Of a stretch of DNA of 64,000 bases, positions 39,741 through 53,067 are shown in pieces; position 1 is the stretch's first letter, and each line of letters begins with the position of its first letter. Under the pieces are notes generated by a model. That model was not told the origin of the DNA. It saw only the letters and a program-made list of their open reading frames with translations, and ran no database searches. A program made the position numbers and the translations under genes. Source of the stretch: Candidatus Latescibacterota bacterium (GTDB taxonomy: Bacteria > Latescibacterota > UBA2968 > UBA8231); NCBI GenBank assembly GCA_965204725.1, contig OZ242005.1, forward strand, positions 320,001 to 384,000, in the 5' to 3' direction.

Positions 39741-40433
39741 ATGGATCACATTCGCAAAAACTGGGAATTGCTGTGCGCCCGCATCGAGCGAGCGGCCGGG
39801 CGCAGCGGGCGCGTAGCGAGCGCGATTGAAGTAGTCGCCGTCAGCAAAACGCGCAACGCACGCGAAATCGAGGCGGCTTACGCCTGCGGCTTGCGCCTCG
39901 TGGGCGAAAACCGCATCCAAGAAGCAGCGGCCAAGCGGCCGCAGGTCGCCGCGCCCCTTGCTTGGCACTTCGTCGGCCACTTGCAGACGAATAAAGCCGG
40001 GCCGGCTGTCGAGCTGTTCGACCTCGTCCACTCGGTCGATTCCGCACGGCTCGCGAGGGCACTCAGCCGCCGGGCCGCGCCCACCGGCCGCCCCATCGAG
40101 GTGCTCTTGCAGGTCAACACGGCTGGCAGCCAGCATCAAGCCGGAGTGACGCCCGACCAACTCGTCGATCTAGTCGCAGCCCTCGCGCCGCTGCCGCACT
40201 TGCGGATTCGCGGCCTGATGACCATTGCCGCCCACAGCGAAAACGAAGCCGCCGTGCGGGGCTGCTTTCGGGCCTTGCGCGAGCTCGGCGAAAAAATCGC
40301 CCAGTGCAAATTTGCGGGGGTGTCCGTGGACTACCTGTCTATGGGCATGAGCGGCGACTTTGAACTCGCCATCGCCGAAGGGGCCAATCTGTTGCGCCTC
40401 GGCACGGCGATCTTCGGCCCGCGGCCGACCTGA
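39741..40433 (+). CDS. yggS: PLP homeostasis protein YggS
   Basis: VAVSK, GENRIQE, WHFVGHLQTNK, LSMGMSGD, RLGTAIFG. Confidence 0.95.
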   Translation: MDHIRKNWELLCARIERAAGRSGRVASAIEVVAVSKTRNAREIEAAYACGLRLVGENRIQEAAAKRPQVAAPLAWHFVGHLQTNKAGPAVELFDLVHSVDSARLARALSRRAAPTGRPIEVLLQVNTAGSQHQAGVTPDQLVDLVAALAPLPHLRIRGLMTIAAHSENEAAVRGCFRALRELGEKIAQCKFAGVSVDYLSMGMSGDFELAIAEGANLLRLGTAIFGPRPT

Positions 40434-40449
40434 TTTACAGGAGACAATC

Positions 40450-40739
40450 GTGTTCGATTACGGCGGTTTTTTTATTGATGTCAAGGGCCTCATCATCAAC
40501 CTCATCGAGATCTATAGCTGGGTGGTCATCATCCGGGTCCTGATCTCGTGGTTCAACCCCAACCCCCACAACCCGCTCATCCAATTCCTGCGCGGCGTCA
40601 CCGACCCAGCCCTCGACGCAGTGCGCTCCTTCTTGCCGCGGTTTTTTTGGTCAACCGGAATAGACTTTACGCCGATAGTCCTGTTTTTTCTGCTCAAGCT
40701 AGCCGTCATCTTTCTCCATCGCATCTTTCCCGCAGCAGG

Positions 40740-40743
<4 letters not shown>
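40450..40743 (+). CDS. yggT: YggT family membrane protein
   Basis: LISWFNPNPHNP...TDP..IDFTPIV; GTG start with AGGAG RBS. Confidence 0.9.
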
Positions 40744-43901
<3,158 letters not shown>

Positions 43902-43933
43902 GCACAAACGGACGACGCGAAGAGAGGAAAAAA

Positions 43934-44338
43934 ATGGACGACAAGCCTAAACAAATGGACCAAGAACACCTCGATTTTTTTAAGAAGTTATTACTCAAAA
44001 AAATAGCCCAGACCTCAGACGACGTCGAAGCCATTGAAAACACGGCGCGCAACGAGGCCCGGGAAATGGCCTCCGAAGACCGCTCTACCTACTCACTACA
44101 CATGGCCGATCACGGGACCGATGCCATGGAGCGCGAAAAATCCCTGCTCCTCGCCCAGCGCGGTGGCGATTACATCGACTACTTAAACGAGGCCCTGCAA
44201 CGCATTGAGGACGGCACCTTTGGCATCTGCCGCACCTGCAAAAGGCCCATCGGCCGCGGCCGCCTAGAGGCCGTGCCCACCGCCACCCAGTGCATTAGCT
44301 GCAAGTCCAAGCGCGAGGAGGCGTCGGACTTAGAGTGA
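43934..44338 (+). CDS. dksA: TraR/DksA C4 zinc-finger protein
   Basis: HMADHGTD coiled-coil tip, CRTC...RLEAVP...CISC. Confidence 0.85.
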   Translation: MDDKPKQMDQEHLDFFKKLLLKKIAQTSDDVEAIENTARNEAREMASEDRSTYSLHMADHGTDAMEREKSLLLAQRGGDYIDYLNEALQRIEDGTFGICRTCKRPIGRGRLEAVPTATQCISCKSKREEASDLE

Positions 44339-44817
44339 CGTTTCTGTGGATCATACCGCTGGCCGTGGCCATCGATCAAGCCAGCAAACTCATCGTCCGC
44401 GGCTCCATGACCCTATACCAGTCCGAGCCGGTGCTGGGCGACTTTTTCCGCCTGACCTACATCCACAACCCCGGCGCGGCCTTCGGGCTGAACATGGGCA
44501 GCCCGCTGTTGCACACCGCCTTCTCGATCTTTGCCCTCGGCATCCTCGTTTACCTCTACCGCTCGCTCGCCGCGCACGAGCGGCTCTTGCGCCTAGCCCT
44601 CTGCCTAGTGCTAGGCGGGGCCGTGGGCAACATCATCGACCGCCTGTACTTGGGGGAAGTGGTGGATTTTTTCGATTTCGGCCTCGGGGATTTGCGCTGG
44701 CCGATCTTCAACTTTGCCGATTCCTTCGTCACCGTTGGCGTCTTGCTCTTGGCCTTGGGGTACTCGCGCCGCGAAAAGACCCCGGCCGCCCCTGCTGAGG
44801 AAGCCGCCCCCAGCTAA
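44335..44817 (+). CDS. lspA: Lipoprotein signal peptidase
   Basis: DQASK, NPGAAFG, GNIIDR, VVDF, FNFADS. Confidence 0.95.
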   Translation: MTFLWIIPLAVAIDQASKLIVRGSMTLYQSEPVLGDFFRLTYIHNPGAAFGLNMGSPLLHTAFSIFALGILVYLYRSLAAHERLLRLALCLVLGGAVGNIIDRLYLGEVVDFFDFGLGDLRWPIFNFADSFVTVGVLLLALGYSRREKTPAAPAEEAAPS

Positions 44818-44821
44818 CGCC

Positions 44822-45775
44822 ATGCACCTCGCCGTTGCCGCTGTTGCGCCCGAGCGGCTCGATCTCTTTCTGCGCCGCCGCTATCTCCAGCTTTCTCGCA
44901 GCCGCATCCAAACGCTGATTAAATCCGGGGCGATTCGCGTCAATGGCGCGCCGACGCGCCCGGCGTACTTGGTCCAGCCTGGGGACGAGATCGCCGTCGA
45001 GCTGCCTGCGCCCGAGCCGCTCGCCGCGCAGCCCGAGCCGCTGCCCCTGTCCATCGCGTACGAAGACGACGACCTGCTGGTCGTGAACAAGGCGGCCGGC
45101 ATGACCGTGCATCCGGCCCCGGGCGCGGCCGAGGGCACCCTCGTCAACGCGCTGTTGCACCACTGCCGCAACCTCTCGGGCATCAACGGCGTCCGCCGGC
45201 CGGGGATCGTCCACCGGCTCGACAAGGAGACCAGCGGCTTGCTGCTAGTCGCCAAGCGCGACGACGCCCATCGGCGGCTCGCTCACAGCCTGCAAGCGCG
45301 GCAGATTGAGCGCTGTTATCTCGCTCTCGTTTGGGGGGGGATGCGGGAGGCTGAGGTCCGGGTCGAGGCCTCGATTGGTCGCCACCCTAAGAACCGCAAA
45401 AAAATGGCTGTGGTCGCCGGCGGTCGAGCCGCCGCCACGAACTTCAAGGTCGCCGAGCGTTTCCCTTTTACCAACCTAGTCGAATGCCGCCTAGAGACCG
45501 GACGGACGCACCAAATCCGTGTGCATCTGGCCCATATCGGCCACCCGGTTTTCGGCGATCCCGTGTATGGAGGCCGCGATCGGGCGCGGGGCATTCGCCC
45601 GGAATACCAGCGTCAAGCCAAGTGGATGCTGACCCAGATCAAACGCCAAGCCCTGCATGCCTACGCGCTGCGCTTTGCCCATCCGACGACCGGGGAAGCC
45701 ATGGCGTTTACGGCCGAGCCGCCGGAGGACATGCGGGCGGTGTTGGCTGCGGCGCGGGTCCGCTCCCAACCCTAG
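44822..45775 (+). CDS. rluD: RluA/RluD family 23S rRNA pseudouridine synthase
   Basis: S4 domain, NKAAGMTVHP, HRLDKETSG, TGRTHQIRVH, QALHA. Confidence 0.92.
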   Translation: MHLAVAAVAPERLDLFLRRRYLQLSRSRIQTLIKSGAIRVNGAPTRPAYLVQPGDEIAVELPAPEPLAAQPEPLPLSIAYEDDDLLVVNKAAGMTVHPAPGAAEGTLVNALLHHCRNLSGINGVRRPGIVHRLDKETSGLLLVAKRDDAHRRLAHSLQARQIERCYLALVWGGMREAEVRVEASIGRHPKNRKKMAVVAGGRAAATNFKVAERFPFTNLVECRLETGRTHQIRVHLAHIGHPVFGDPVYGGRDRARGIRPEYQRQAKWMLTQIKRQALHAYALRFAHPTTGEAMAFTAEPPEDMRAVLAAARVRSQP

Positions 45776-45831
45776 CCCTAAACTACCAGCCGCCGAGACC
45801 CGGCGAACTCGCATCTAAAGTGCTCCTGTTT

Positions 45832-46893
45832 TTAGGAGCCTTTCAGGTGGGACGTGTTTATCAAAGGATGGAGATCGAGCATTAACACACGCTCGGCCAT
45901 TTCGCTGCTTGAAATGGTCTGATGCTTTTCGTGAAACGCCATCAGGCTAGGGAGACGCATCTCCTCTGGTATTAAGGAGTCCGGCCATATAGAGGCGAGC
46001 CAAAATTCGATTAGACGTAGTCGAGGCTCCTCGTTCTTCTCCGCTATATGGGCTATTGCTATACGACGTTTTTGCGATTCTGCAAACGCATTTTGCGGAC
46101 TAAAAAAGTCGTGGTAATGGTACAGGTGATAGCTCTGCGCTTTGGATGCAAAACGCATCTTATATCCATTCCGCATGAGGCGATAGGCCAAATCCCATCC
46201 TTCAGAGTGGGGTAGCTCTTCGTCAAACCCACCGACTTCCTCAAGAGCAACACGCGGCACCGAAGCATTGTGTGGATAAAATCCGCTCCAACCTATCGGC
46301 GAATCAGGCACTTTGTCAAAGAGTACTTGTACTTGGTCCTGCATTAATTTTAACTCCGGGAAGGGATACCCACCTTCTCGAGCCAATGGAGCGATCGTAT
46401 CGAAATCGGACTGTATCATAGCCTCGGTCACCCGAAACTCGTCTGGGTACGTCCGCATAATATGAGCAACCGAGGCCGGAGTGTCCTCCCCCGGAAGGCC
46501 GCCACGCGGGTCTTGGACGTACTCCAAGCAGGGCAAGCAGTACTGGAACCCGCTCGTTACGCCGTTGTAGCATTGGAATAGTTGCCAATGTTGAGCTAAC
46601 CAATCAGGCCCCGGTAGCGCGTCTCCATCTAAAAAAGCGACTACATCTCCTCGTGCTTCCGCTATACCGATGTTCCGCGCTCGACAGCGTCCTACATTGG
46701 CATTCAAGGGAATGATTTTTATGGGAATTTGCTCGTATTCACGTAGAAAATCGTCCGTTCCGTCCGTGCTGCCATCATCAACTACTATAACCTCAAACTG
46801 GCCTTCGGAGAATGTCTGAACAGCCAAGCCACTTAAAACAAGCTGCAATCGATCTCGCTGATTGTGTGCGGCGATGACGACAGAAATATCCAT
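45832..46893 (-). CDS. Glycosyltransferase family 2
   Basis: ISVVIAAHN, VVDDGSTD, ARNIG, FLDGD, VGGFDEE. Start 46893 or 46920. Confidence 0.9.
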   Translation of the reverse strand: MDISVVIAAHNQRDRLQLVLSGLAVQTFSEGQFEVIVVDDGSTDGTDDFLREYEQIPIKIIPLNANVGRCRARNIGIAEARGDVVAFLDGDALPGPDWLAQHWQLFQCYNGVTSGFQYCLPCLEYVQDPRGGLPGEDTPASVAHIMRTYPDEFRVTEAMIQSDFDTIAPLAREGGYPFPELKLMQDQVQVLFDKVPDSPIGWSGFYPHNASVPRVALEEVGGFDEELPHSEGWDLAYRLMRNGYKMRFASKAQSYHLYHYHDFFSPQNAFAESQKRRIAIAHIAEKNEEPRLRLIEFWLASIWPDSLIPEEMRLPSLMAFHEKHQTISSSEMAERVLMLDLHPLINTSHLKGS

Positions 46894-46906
46894 TGAACTA
46901 GCTACC

Positions 46907-49387
46907 TTATATACATTCAAAGACCAAGCGGCACTCCTCCCTCAGAGCGTCCGGTCGGTGCATACGAGGCAAGCCGTTATCTGTCTCTTCATACACAATA
47001 ACTTGTGGCACTTCCTTGGCAGCAGAGTTTGAGCATACGACATGGAAGCAGTCCAAATGGCCAAAGAAAAAGTCAAAATACGGCTCGCTATTCTCCAAGA
47101 CCTTTTGCCGCAACGTCTCACTTTGCATATTAGCCTCCGTTAGAGCTGGAGTGCCGATACTGATACCGTGAAACTCCACGGGGATCCATCTCAGATCCGA
47201 GACAAAAATCTCAGCCCACGTGTGTCCGAACACCACTTCGTTATAGGTCCGGTTTTCGTACATCCTCGGACCCAGCGGGTTGACTGCTATGGCTCCAGTT
47301 TGTTCGCGAGCAGGTATTTTTAACAGGCGACAAAGGGCAATAAAAGTACGCGCCAATGTAATACAATGTCCGCCGTCATCTGTCAGTGCTTTTAGGGTGC
47401 TACACTGATAGCATTGACAACTATCTTTGGTCTTCTTGAAATGCTTGTTTTTGGTCAAGTAGTAGTATATCGAACGAGCTTTTTCTAGGTCGCTCGACGC
47501 TTCGTCCATGCCCACATCCTCCCAACAACGGCGGACGAGCGGATGTTCGGCCAAGGATTCATCAACGGTAGTATAGTGCTCGAACGCTTCGGGCGTGAGC
47601 ACTTCTGTTGCTCGTGTAGTACCCATACTTCTCGCATAAACAGTTAGTTCGCACACGTAAGAAAACGTATATGCCTCACCCGAGCTAAAATCACAAACCA
47701 CAGGATAGCCGTAGAAAAAACCCGCATGTGGCAAAAAGTGGTTCTGAATTTCCGCTGGCTGGCAAGACAGTAGCTTTATATCCTTCTGAAAATCAGTGGT
47801 TATGGGGTAAGGCAGAAATATCCGCGTATTGTGCGTTGTATTCTCGGCGGCAGACAAGGTGAAGGTATAGGTCAGGCGCAAGCACTGGTGGTCCATCGCC
47901 GGCTGAAGTGCGCCATTTTTTTTGTTAATGAAGAACGAACGCATCTCCTCACGCGCCTCGTAATCACACGCAAAAAAGCGAGCGTCGTTGTCGTAGAGCC
48001 AGTTCCACGAATCGCAGCGATCGTACCAGATGTCGTCCTGTTCTACTTCATGCGGCATCTGGCGCATTCGCCCGTTCTCGAGCATCGCTTCAACTTGCTC
48101 GTCGCGGAGCCGTGTGCTCAACGACAACTGCCGGGCAAAGTCGCGTTGGCTCATCTGGTAATGCGGGTCGAGCCGGCCTTCTTTAGCACGGCTCATCCAG
48201 TACCTATCGACTACATCCGCAACGCGGTTCGCGTCCTGCCATTCCGATATATCGACGGCAAAAGCACGGCATCGTCTAGCGAGTACCGCATAGTGATTTA
48301 ACAGTCCCTCTACACTTTGGATGAGAGAAGTTGATCGAATGAAGTCTCGGTAGCTTAGTTTGATCCCTAATCCCAAGGCTTGCAGACGGTCGATGAAATA
48401 CTCTTGCGTACCATTCGTGGGAAGTCCAATGACTGGTATGCCCTTGAACAGAGCTTGGTAGAAGAAACCGTGATCGCCTCCCCCGGCAAAGACGGCCGCG
48501 TGGGAGGCGGCCTGCGGCAAAAAACTCGGATCGACGATCTCGCCGTGCTCTATTGGGTCTATACGCACTCCAACAGGTGGAACCACCCACTGCTGAATCC
48601 CTTTCATTCCCAGCTTTTGCACGGCCTCTTGAATGGAGGGCCAATCGGCTCCCAACGTTCTGAGATCCCAATACACCCCCTCCCGCTTCACATCGCCTTG
48701 CTTCTCCACATCAAGCCCCTCAAGCAGCGGCCCGATGAAAAAGTAGTTAGCCGGCGTCTCCGGTCTCAGTGGATGAACCGTTGGAATATCGCAGAGCAGA
48801 TACAGTTCCCTAGAGACCGTCCCATAATTCCATCCTCGATTTGTGGTGCGTTTAATTATGTCCTCCCAAGTACGCACAGATTCAGGTGTGTGAATCGGGT
48901 AAGCGTATTCGGGCATAGTATAGGCCGATCTTATCCAAACTACATCAACTCCCTCTAATGCAGCAGCCAAGCGCAACGTGGGACGAGAATCTACGATAGC
49001 CAAGTCGGGCTTCAAGCGGTCAATTAGCACCCGCTCGGCTTCCACACTCTGATGGACGAATGAATCGCAGGCCGCTTCGTCTAAGTCAAAATCCAGAACT
49101 ACGCCCAAGTCTTGTATTGGCGTGGCGAGGTCGTGCAAAGGGAAGTCCGTTTGCCGGACTGGTTCGGCAACCGAGCCTGTGCCAGCAAACTCGACTTGGT
49201 ATCCTCGGCGGCGAAGTGCCTTACCCACCACCAAAGCACGATGCACAGAAGCACCATCAAAGCCGTGAAAAAAAATCAGTATGGAAGCTCGATCTCGTTT
49301 TAGACGACACGAGCGTTCCTTCTCCTCAAAGTATCTGATGACCTTGAAGAGGCCCACTGACACTTTGTGTCGCATCGCTTTGAACAT
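46907..49387 (-). CDS. Fusion protein: GT-B glycosyltransferase-like N-domain plus transglutaminase-like C-domain
   Basis: N-domain: HRALVVGKALRRRGYQVEFAG, KPDLAIVD, QALFKGIPVIGLP..TQE. C-domain: GGHCITLARTFIALCRLLKIPAR, GHTWAEIF, WIPVE. Confidence 0.8.
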   Translation of the reverse strand: MFKAMRHKVSVGLFKVIRYFEEKERSCRLKRDRASILIFFHGFDGASVHRALVVGKALRRRGYQVEFAGTGSVAEPVRQTDFPLHDLATPIQDLGVVLDFDLDEAACDSFVHQSVEAERVLIDRLKPDLAIVDSRPTLRLAAALEGVDVVWIRSAYTMPEYAYPIHTPESVRTWEDIIKRTTNRGWNYGTVSRELYLLCDIPTVHPLRPETPANYFFIGPLLEGLDVEKQGDVKREGVYWDLRTLGADWPSIQEAVQKLGMKGIQQWVVPPVGVRIDPIEHGEIVDPSFLPQAASHAAVFAGGGDHGFFYQALFKGIPVIGLPTNGTQEYFIDRLQALGLGIKLSYRDFIRSTSLIQSVEGLLNHYAVLARRCRAFAVDISEWQDANRVADVVDRYWMSRAKEGRLDPHYQMSQRDFARQLSLSTRLRDEQVEAMLENGRMRQMPHEVEQDDIWYDRCDSWNWLYDNDARFFACDYEAREEMRSFFINKKNGALQPAMDHQCLRLTYTFTLSAAENTTHNTRIFLPYPITTDFQKDIKLLSCQPAEIQNHFLPHAGFFYGYPVVCDFSSGEAYTFSYVCELTVYARSMGTTRATEVLTPEAFEHYTTVDESLAEHPLVRRCWEDVGMDEASSDLEKARSIYYYLTKNKHFKKTKDSCQCYQCSTLKALTDDGGHCITLARTFIALCRLLKIPAREQTGAIAVNPLGPRMYENRTYNEVVFGHTWAEIFVSDLRWIPVEFHGISIGTPALTEANMQSETLRQKVLENSEPYFDFFFGHLDCFHVVCSNSAAKEVPQVIVYEETDNGLPRMHRPDALREECRLVFECI

Positions 49388-49398
49388 CGTTTAGTCCC

Positions 49399-50604
49399 TT
49401 ACATTCGGCCGCTCGTCCTCAGCAGCTTTTCTACGAACTCAACTTTGTCGTCTCGCTGGAGTTCGCGGTATAGTTCCAATGCTTGTCGCCACTGAAGTAA
49501 GGCATCATAAGGGGCCTGATTCGATGCATAGGCCCTCCCTAAGCGAACTCTAACGTCGGCTACGGCCTCCAAATCCGATATTTTTGCAAACAATTGCACC
49601 GCTTGCCGATACGCCTCCTCAGCCGCCTTGACGTTTTCAACGTCCATATAGGCATTGCCCAAAAAAACCGCTTGTACCGCCCGGCCTTTGGTGTCTCCAA
49701 TCCCGTCAAACAGCTCTCTAGCCTGCTGGAACAACGCCGCAGCTTCTTGCGTATCGCCTTTCTCCCATAGCACCTGCCCAAGACCGCCCATGGTGCGAGC
49801 CTCAAACTGTTTGTGGCCTAATTTTCGTTGGATGGCCAGCGTCCGACGGTACATTGCTTCCGCCTCATCCAATCGACCTGTCTGTTTATATACGGCTCCC
49901 AAAACGCTGTAATGAGGAGCCAACCCCTCATCGCGCTGGAGCCGCTCCTCGATCTCAATGCCTTTTTTGAGAATGTCCTCGGCCTCAGCCAAACGATTCC
50001 GATTGAGATAGACCAGACCCAAGCCCTGATAGTGGCCGGAAATACCCGGCAGATCGCCGAGTTCTTGGCACACTTTTAGTCCCTGCTGGAAATAGCCCTC
50101 AGCCTCCTCTAATTTGTTCTGCTGGAGGGCTAACTGCCCCAAGTTGCCGCATTCTTCAGCCCAATAGGCCCTATTCCCAGACGCCTCGTGGAGTTGCTGA
50201 GCGCATGTATGCAATTCTTGAGCCTCTGCAATTTTTCCTTGGAGTTGGGCGACAAAACCTCTATTGCTATAGTTGACAGCTAAACGCGGCTCATCGCGGC
50301 GTCCCCTATTGATCGCAAAAGCTTTATTGAGGTAGCCAACCGCCTTATCCATCCGTCCCTTGACCTGATACATAAGTCCCAAGCCACTGTACGCATCGGC
50401 TTCCAACTCGTGCGCCTGTAACTGACGTGCTTTCGCAAGGGCTCTTTGGTAAAGCTCTTCGGCCTTGTCGAGTCCACCTTGTTCCTTGTAATAGCGACCT
50501 AAAAGGAGACATGCCTTCGCTTGGGCGCGTATATCGCGGTCTTGTGAAACCCGCGCACGCTGTATCGCTACGTCGCGTTCGAGAATTAACGGAATGATTT
50601 CCAT
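49399..50604 (-). CDS. Tetratricopeptide repeat protein
   Basis: About nine ~40-aa LG..Y...G...A...Y..AL repeats; no catalytic domain seen. Confidence 0.9.
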   Translation of the reverse strand: MEIIPLILERDVAIQRARVSQDRDIRAQAKACLLLGRYYKEQGGLDKAEELYQRALAKARQLQAHELEADAYSGLGLMYQVKGRMDKAVGYLNKAFAINRGRRDEPRLAVNYSNRGFVAQLQGKIAEAQELHTCAQQLHEASGNRAYWAEECGNLGQLALQQNKLEEAEGYFQQGLKVCQELGDLPGISGHYQGLGLVYLNRNRLAEAEDILKKGIEIEERLQRDEGLAPHYSVLGAVYKQTGRLDEAEAMYRRTLAIQRKLGHKQFEARTMGGLGQVLWEKGDTQEAAALFQQARELFDGIGDTKGRAVQAVFLGNAYMDVENVKAAEEAYRQAVQLFAKISDLEAVADVRVRLGRAYASNQAPYDALLQWRQALELYRELQRDDKVEFVEKLLRTSGRM

Positions 50605-53000
50605 TATTCGCTTCTGAGTGTCTGAACTGGGTTTGTCTGCACCGCCTTGCTAGTTTGCAAAACGACGGTGCCTATAACGGTCAGAGCCTGAATCAGACTC
50701 CCCAGCAAAAACTCCCAACCAACGATATCAATTCGATACGCAAAATGCTGTAGCCACGCTTGATTGGTCACATAAGCGACCGGCCAAGCAATCAGATTGG
50801 CGACGACCAACCAGACCAGAACGGGTTTCATCAGCAAATACACCAAACCGGAGGAAGAAGCCCCCAGCACTTTGCGAATGCCGATTTCCTTGGTGCGCTG
50901 TTCGACTGAGAAAGAGGCTAGCCCCAACACACCCAAGCAAATGATTACAATCGACAAGGTGCTAAAAAAGCCGATCAGCCGGGAGAGCCGCTCTTCTTCG
51001 CGGTAGAACTGATCGAACACTTCGTCGAGAAAATAGTATTGAAAGGGCTCGTTGGGGACGAACTCGTGCGTCTTGGCTTCGAGGAACGCCAAGGCACCGG
51101 ATAAGTCTCTTGGGTCGATTCGGACCGTAAGATGTTTGATAGTAAGCACGTTCTGCATATTCCATCGCAGACCAATTACCAGTGGTTCGATGGAATGGTG
51201 CAAAGATTGGTAGTGAAAATCCTTGACTACGCCGATAACCTTGCTCGAAGCGGACCGACGCTGTGGCATAGAGGTCCGTTCCAAGCGTTTACCGACCGGG
51301 TTTTCCCACCCCAAGAACTTGGCGGCCGATTCGTTGATGATGAAGGCCTCATGCTCATCCGAGGAGAAGTCTCTGGAAAAACTGCGCCCGGCGATGAGCT
51401 CCAAACCCATGGTTTCCAGATAGGTATAACCGACATCAATAGTATTTATACTTACGCCATCCTGTCCCTCCGGAATAAATCTGCCCGAATTATCCGAGAC
51501 ACCGGGGGATCCGAAAGTACCGGATATGTTCAAAATTCTCGGATCCTGCAAATACTCTGCAATGCTCGTTGGCTGTAAGATCTTCGCGGGAATTACGACT
51601 ACCTGTTCCCGATCAAACCCCAAGTCCTGACTTCTCATGAATGCTAATTGATGGCGCAAGGCGAGCGTAGTGATAATGAGGACGATGGAGAGCACGAATT
51701 GGAAAATGATCAGCGTTCTTCTTAGGAAGTCGGCCGTGCCCCCACTTTGGCTGTATCCCCCCAAGGTGGCCGAGGGATTGAACCTAGCCAAGAAAAAGGC
51801 AGGGTACAAACCAGCAATCAGACCGATGCACACGATAGCAGCGAACAGCCAGAGACCATATTCTATCGCAAGGCGAAAAGCATCTATCTCTACATCCGGC
51901 CCAATAAATCTACTTACATAAGGCCACGAACACAGTACCAGCACCAGACTGACCAAGAACGCAAAGAATGTCAAAAGAAGTGTTTCACCCAAGAACTGCT
52001 GAACCAATTGTGACTGCACACTGCCCAGTGCCTTCCGCAGTCCCACTTCTTTTGCCCGTTGAGTAAACCGAAAGGTTGAAAAATTGATATAATTGATGCA
52101 CACAATAAGCAAAATGACCAGTGCAATGCCCATTAAAAAATACAGGTATCGAATATCTCGGTTGGGACTTAGTTCATACTCGAAATGGGAATAGAGGTGG
52201 ATGTCTTGTAACGGTTGTAGGAAAAGTTGCCTCTCCCATTCTTCTAAGTTATAGTTGTGTCTTTCCAAAAACTCGGGAAATTTGTTCTCCAAGACTTCTG
52301 GTGAGGCACCTTCGGCCAGCCGCAGATAGGTGTGGTACAAGGAATCATTGATATTCCGGCGGAGCTTCCACTCCTTTATCGACGCGACAAAATCAAATTT
52401 GAAGTGCGTGTTAGATGGAAGATCTTGGACCACACCAGTAACAAGGTATTCGCGTGTACTATTACTATCTAGTCCGATGTGGAGGGTTTTACCCACAGGA
52501 CTGTCGCTACCGAAGTACTTCGAGGCGATCTGTTCCGTCAACACAATGGAATAGGGAGCCTCCAGCACCGTCTGTGCATTGCCTTCCATCATGGGAAAGG
52601 AGAAAAACTCAAAAAACATTGGGTCTGCAAAATAAACCTGATCCTCTAAGAAGTGTTTGTCCTGATAGTGAACGGACCAGCTCGCTCTGTAGCGACGGAT
52701 GCGTACAATATCTTCGATTTCTGGAAAATCATCTTTCAATAAAGGAGCCATAGAGTGCCAGATCGTAGCATAATTATATCGGAAGCCCGTCCGCTTTTCG
52801 ATTGTATCACTTCTAACCCGATACAGCCACTCTGCGTCTTCGGGGAAGGTGTCATAACTCATCTCATGTGCGATAAAAACAAATACGATAATGAAGCAGG
52901 CAAAGCCGACCGCGAGGCCCAACACACTGATCAACGAGTGCATTTTGTAGCGAAATAGGCTTCTCAGTGCCAACTTTAAGTGACTTCGTAGCATACTCAT
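50604..53000 (-). CDS. ABC transporter permease, duplicated MacB/FtsX type
   Basis: GLAVGFAC, LQPLQDIHL, RAKEVGLRKALG, IGVVKDFHYQSL, RTKEIGIRKVLGAS, NPVQTLRSE. Confidence 0.93.
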   Translation of the reverse strand: MSMLRSHLKLALRSLFRYKMHSLISVLGLAVGFACFIIVFVFIAHEMSYDTFPEDAEWLYRVRSDTIEKRTGFRYNYATIWHSMAPLLKDDFPEIEDIVRIRRYRASWSVHYQDKHFLEDQVYFADPMFFEFFSFPMMEGNAQTVLEAPYSIVLTEQIASKYFGSDSPVGKTLHIGLDSNSTREYLVTGVVQDLPSNTHFKFDFVASIKEWKLRRNINDSLYHTYLRLAEGASPEVLENKFPEFLERHNYNLEEWERQLFLQPLQDIHLYSHFEYELSPNRDIRYLYFLMGIALVILLIVCINYINFSTFRFTQRAKEVGLRKALGSVQSQLVQQFLGETLLLTFFAFLVSLVLVLCSWPYVSRFIGPDVEIDAFRLAIEYGLWLFAAIVCIGLIAGLYPAFFLARFNPSATLGGYSQSGGTADFLRRTLIIFQFVLSIVLIITTLALRHQLAFMRSQDLGFDREQVVVIPAKILQPTSIAEYLQDPRILNISGTFGSPGVSDNSGRFIPEGQDGVSINTIDVGYTYLETMGLELIAGRSFSRDFSSDEHEAFIINESAAKFLGWENPVGKRLERTSMPQRRSASSKVIGVVKDFHYQSLHHSIEPLVIGLRWNMQNVLTIKHLTVRIDPRDLSGALAFLEAKTHEFVPNEPFQYYFLDEVFDQFYREEERLSRLIGFFSTLSIVIICLGVLGLASFSVEQRTKEIGIRKVLGASSSGLVYLLMKPVLVWLVVANLIAWPVAYVTNQAWLQHFAYRIDIVGWEFLLGSLIQALTVIGTVVLQTSKAVQTNPVQTLRSE

Positions 53001-53067
53001 TTTGTTTTCCAGCCTCAGCCTGACTCCTAGTGAAAGAGGGGAGGTAGGAATTCGATTTTGATAATAA

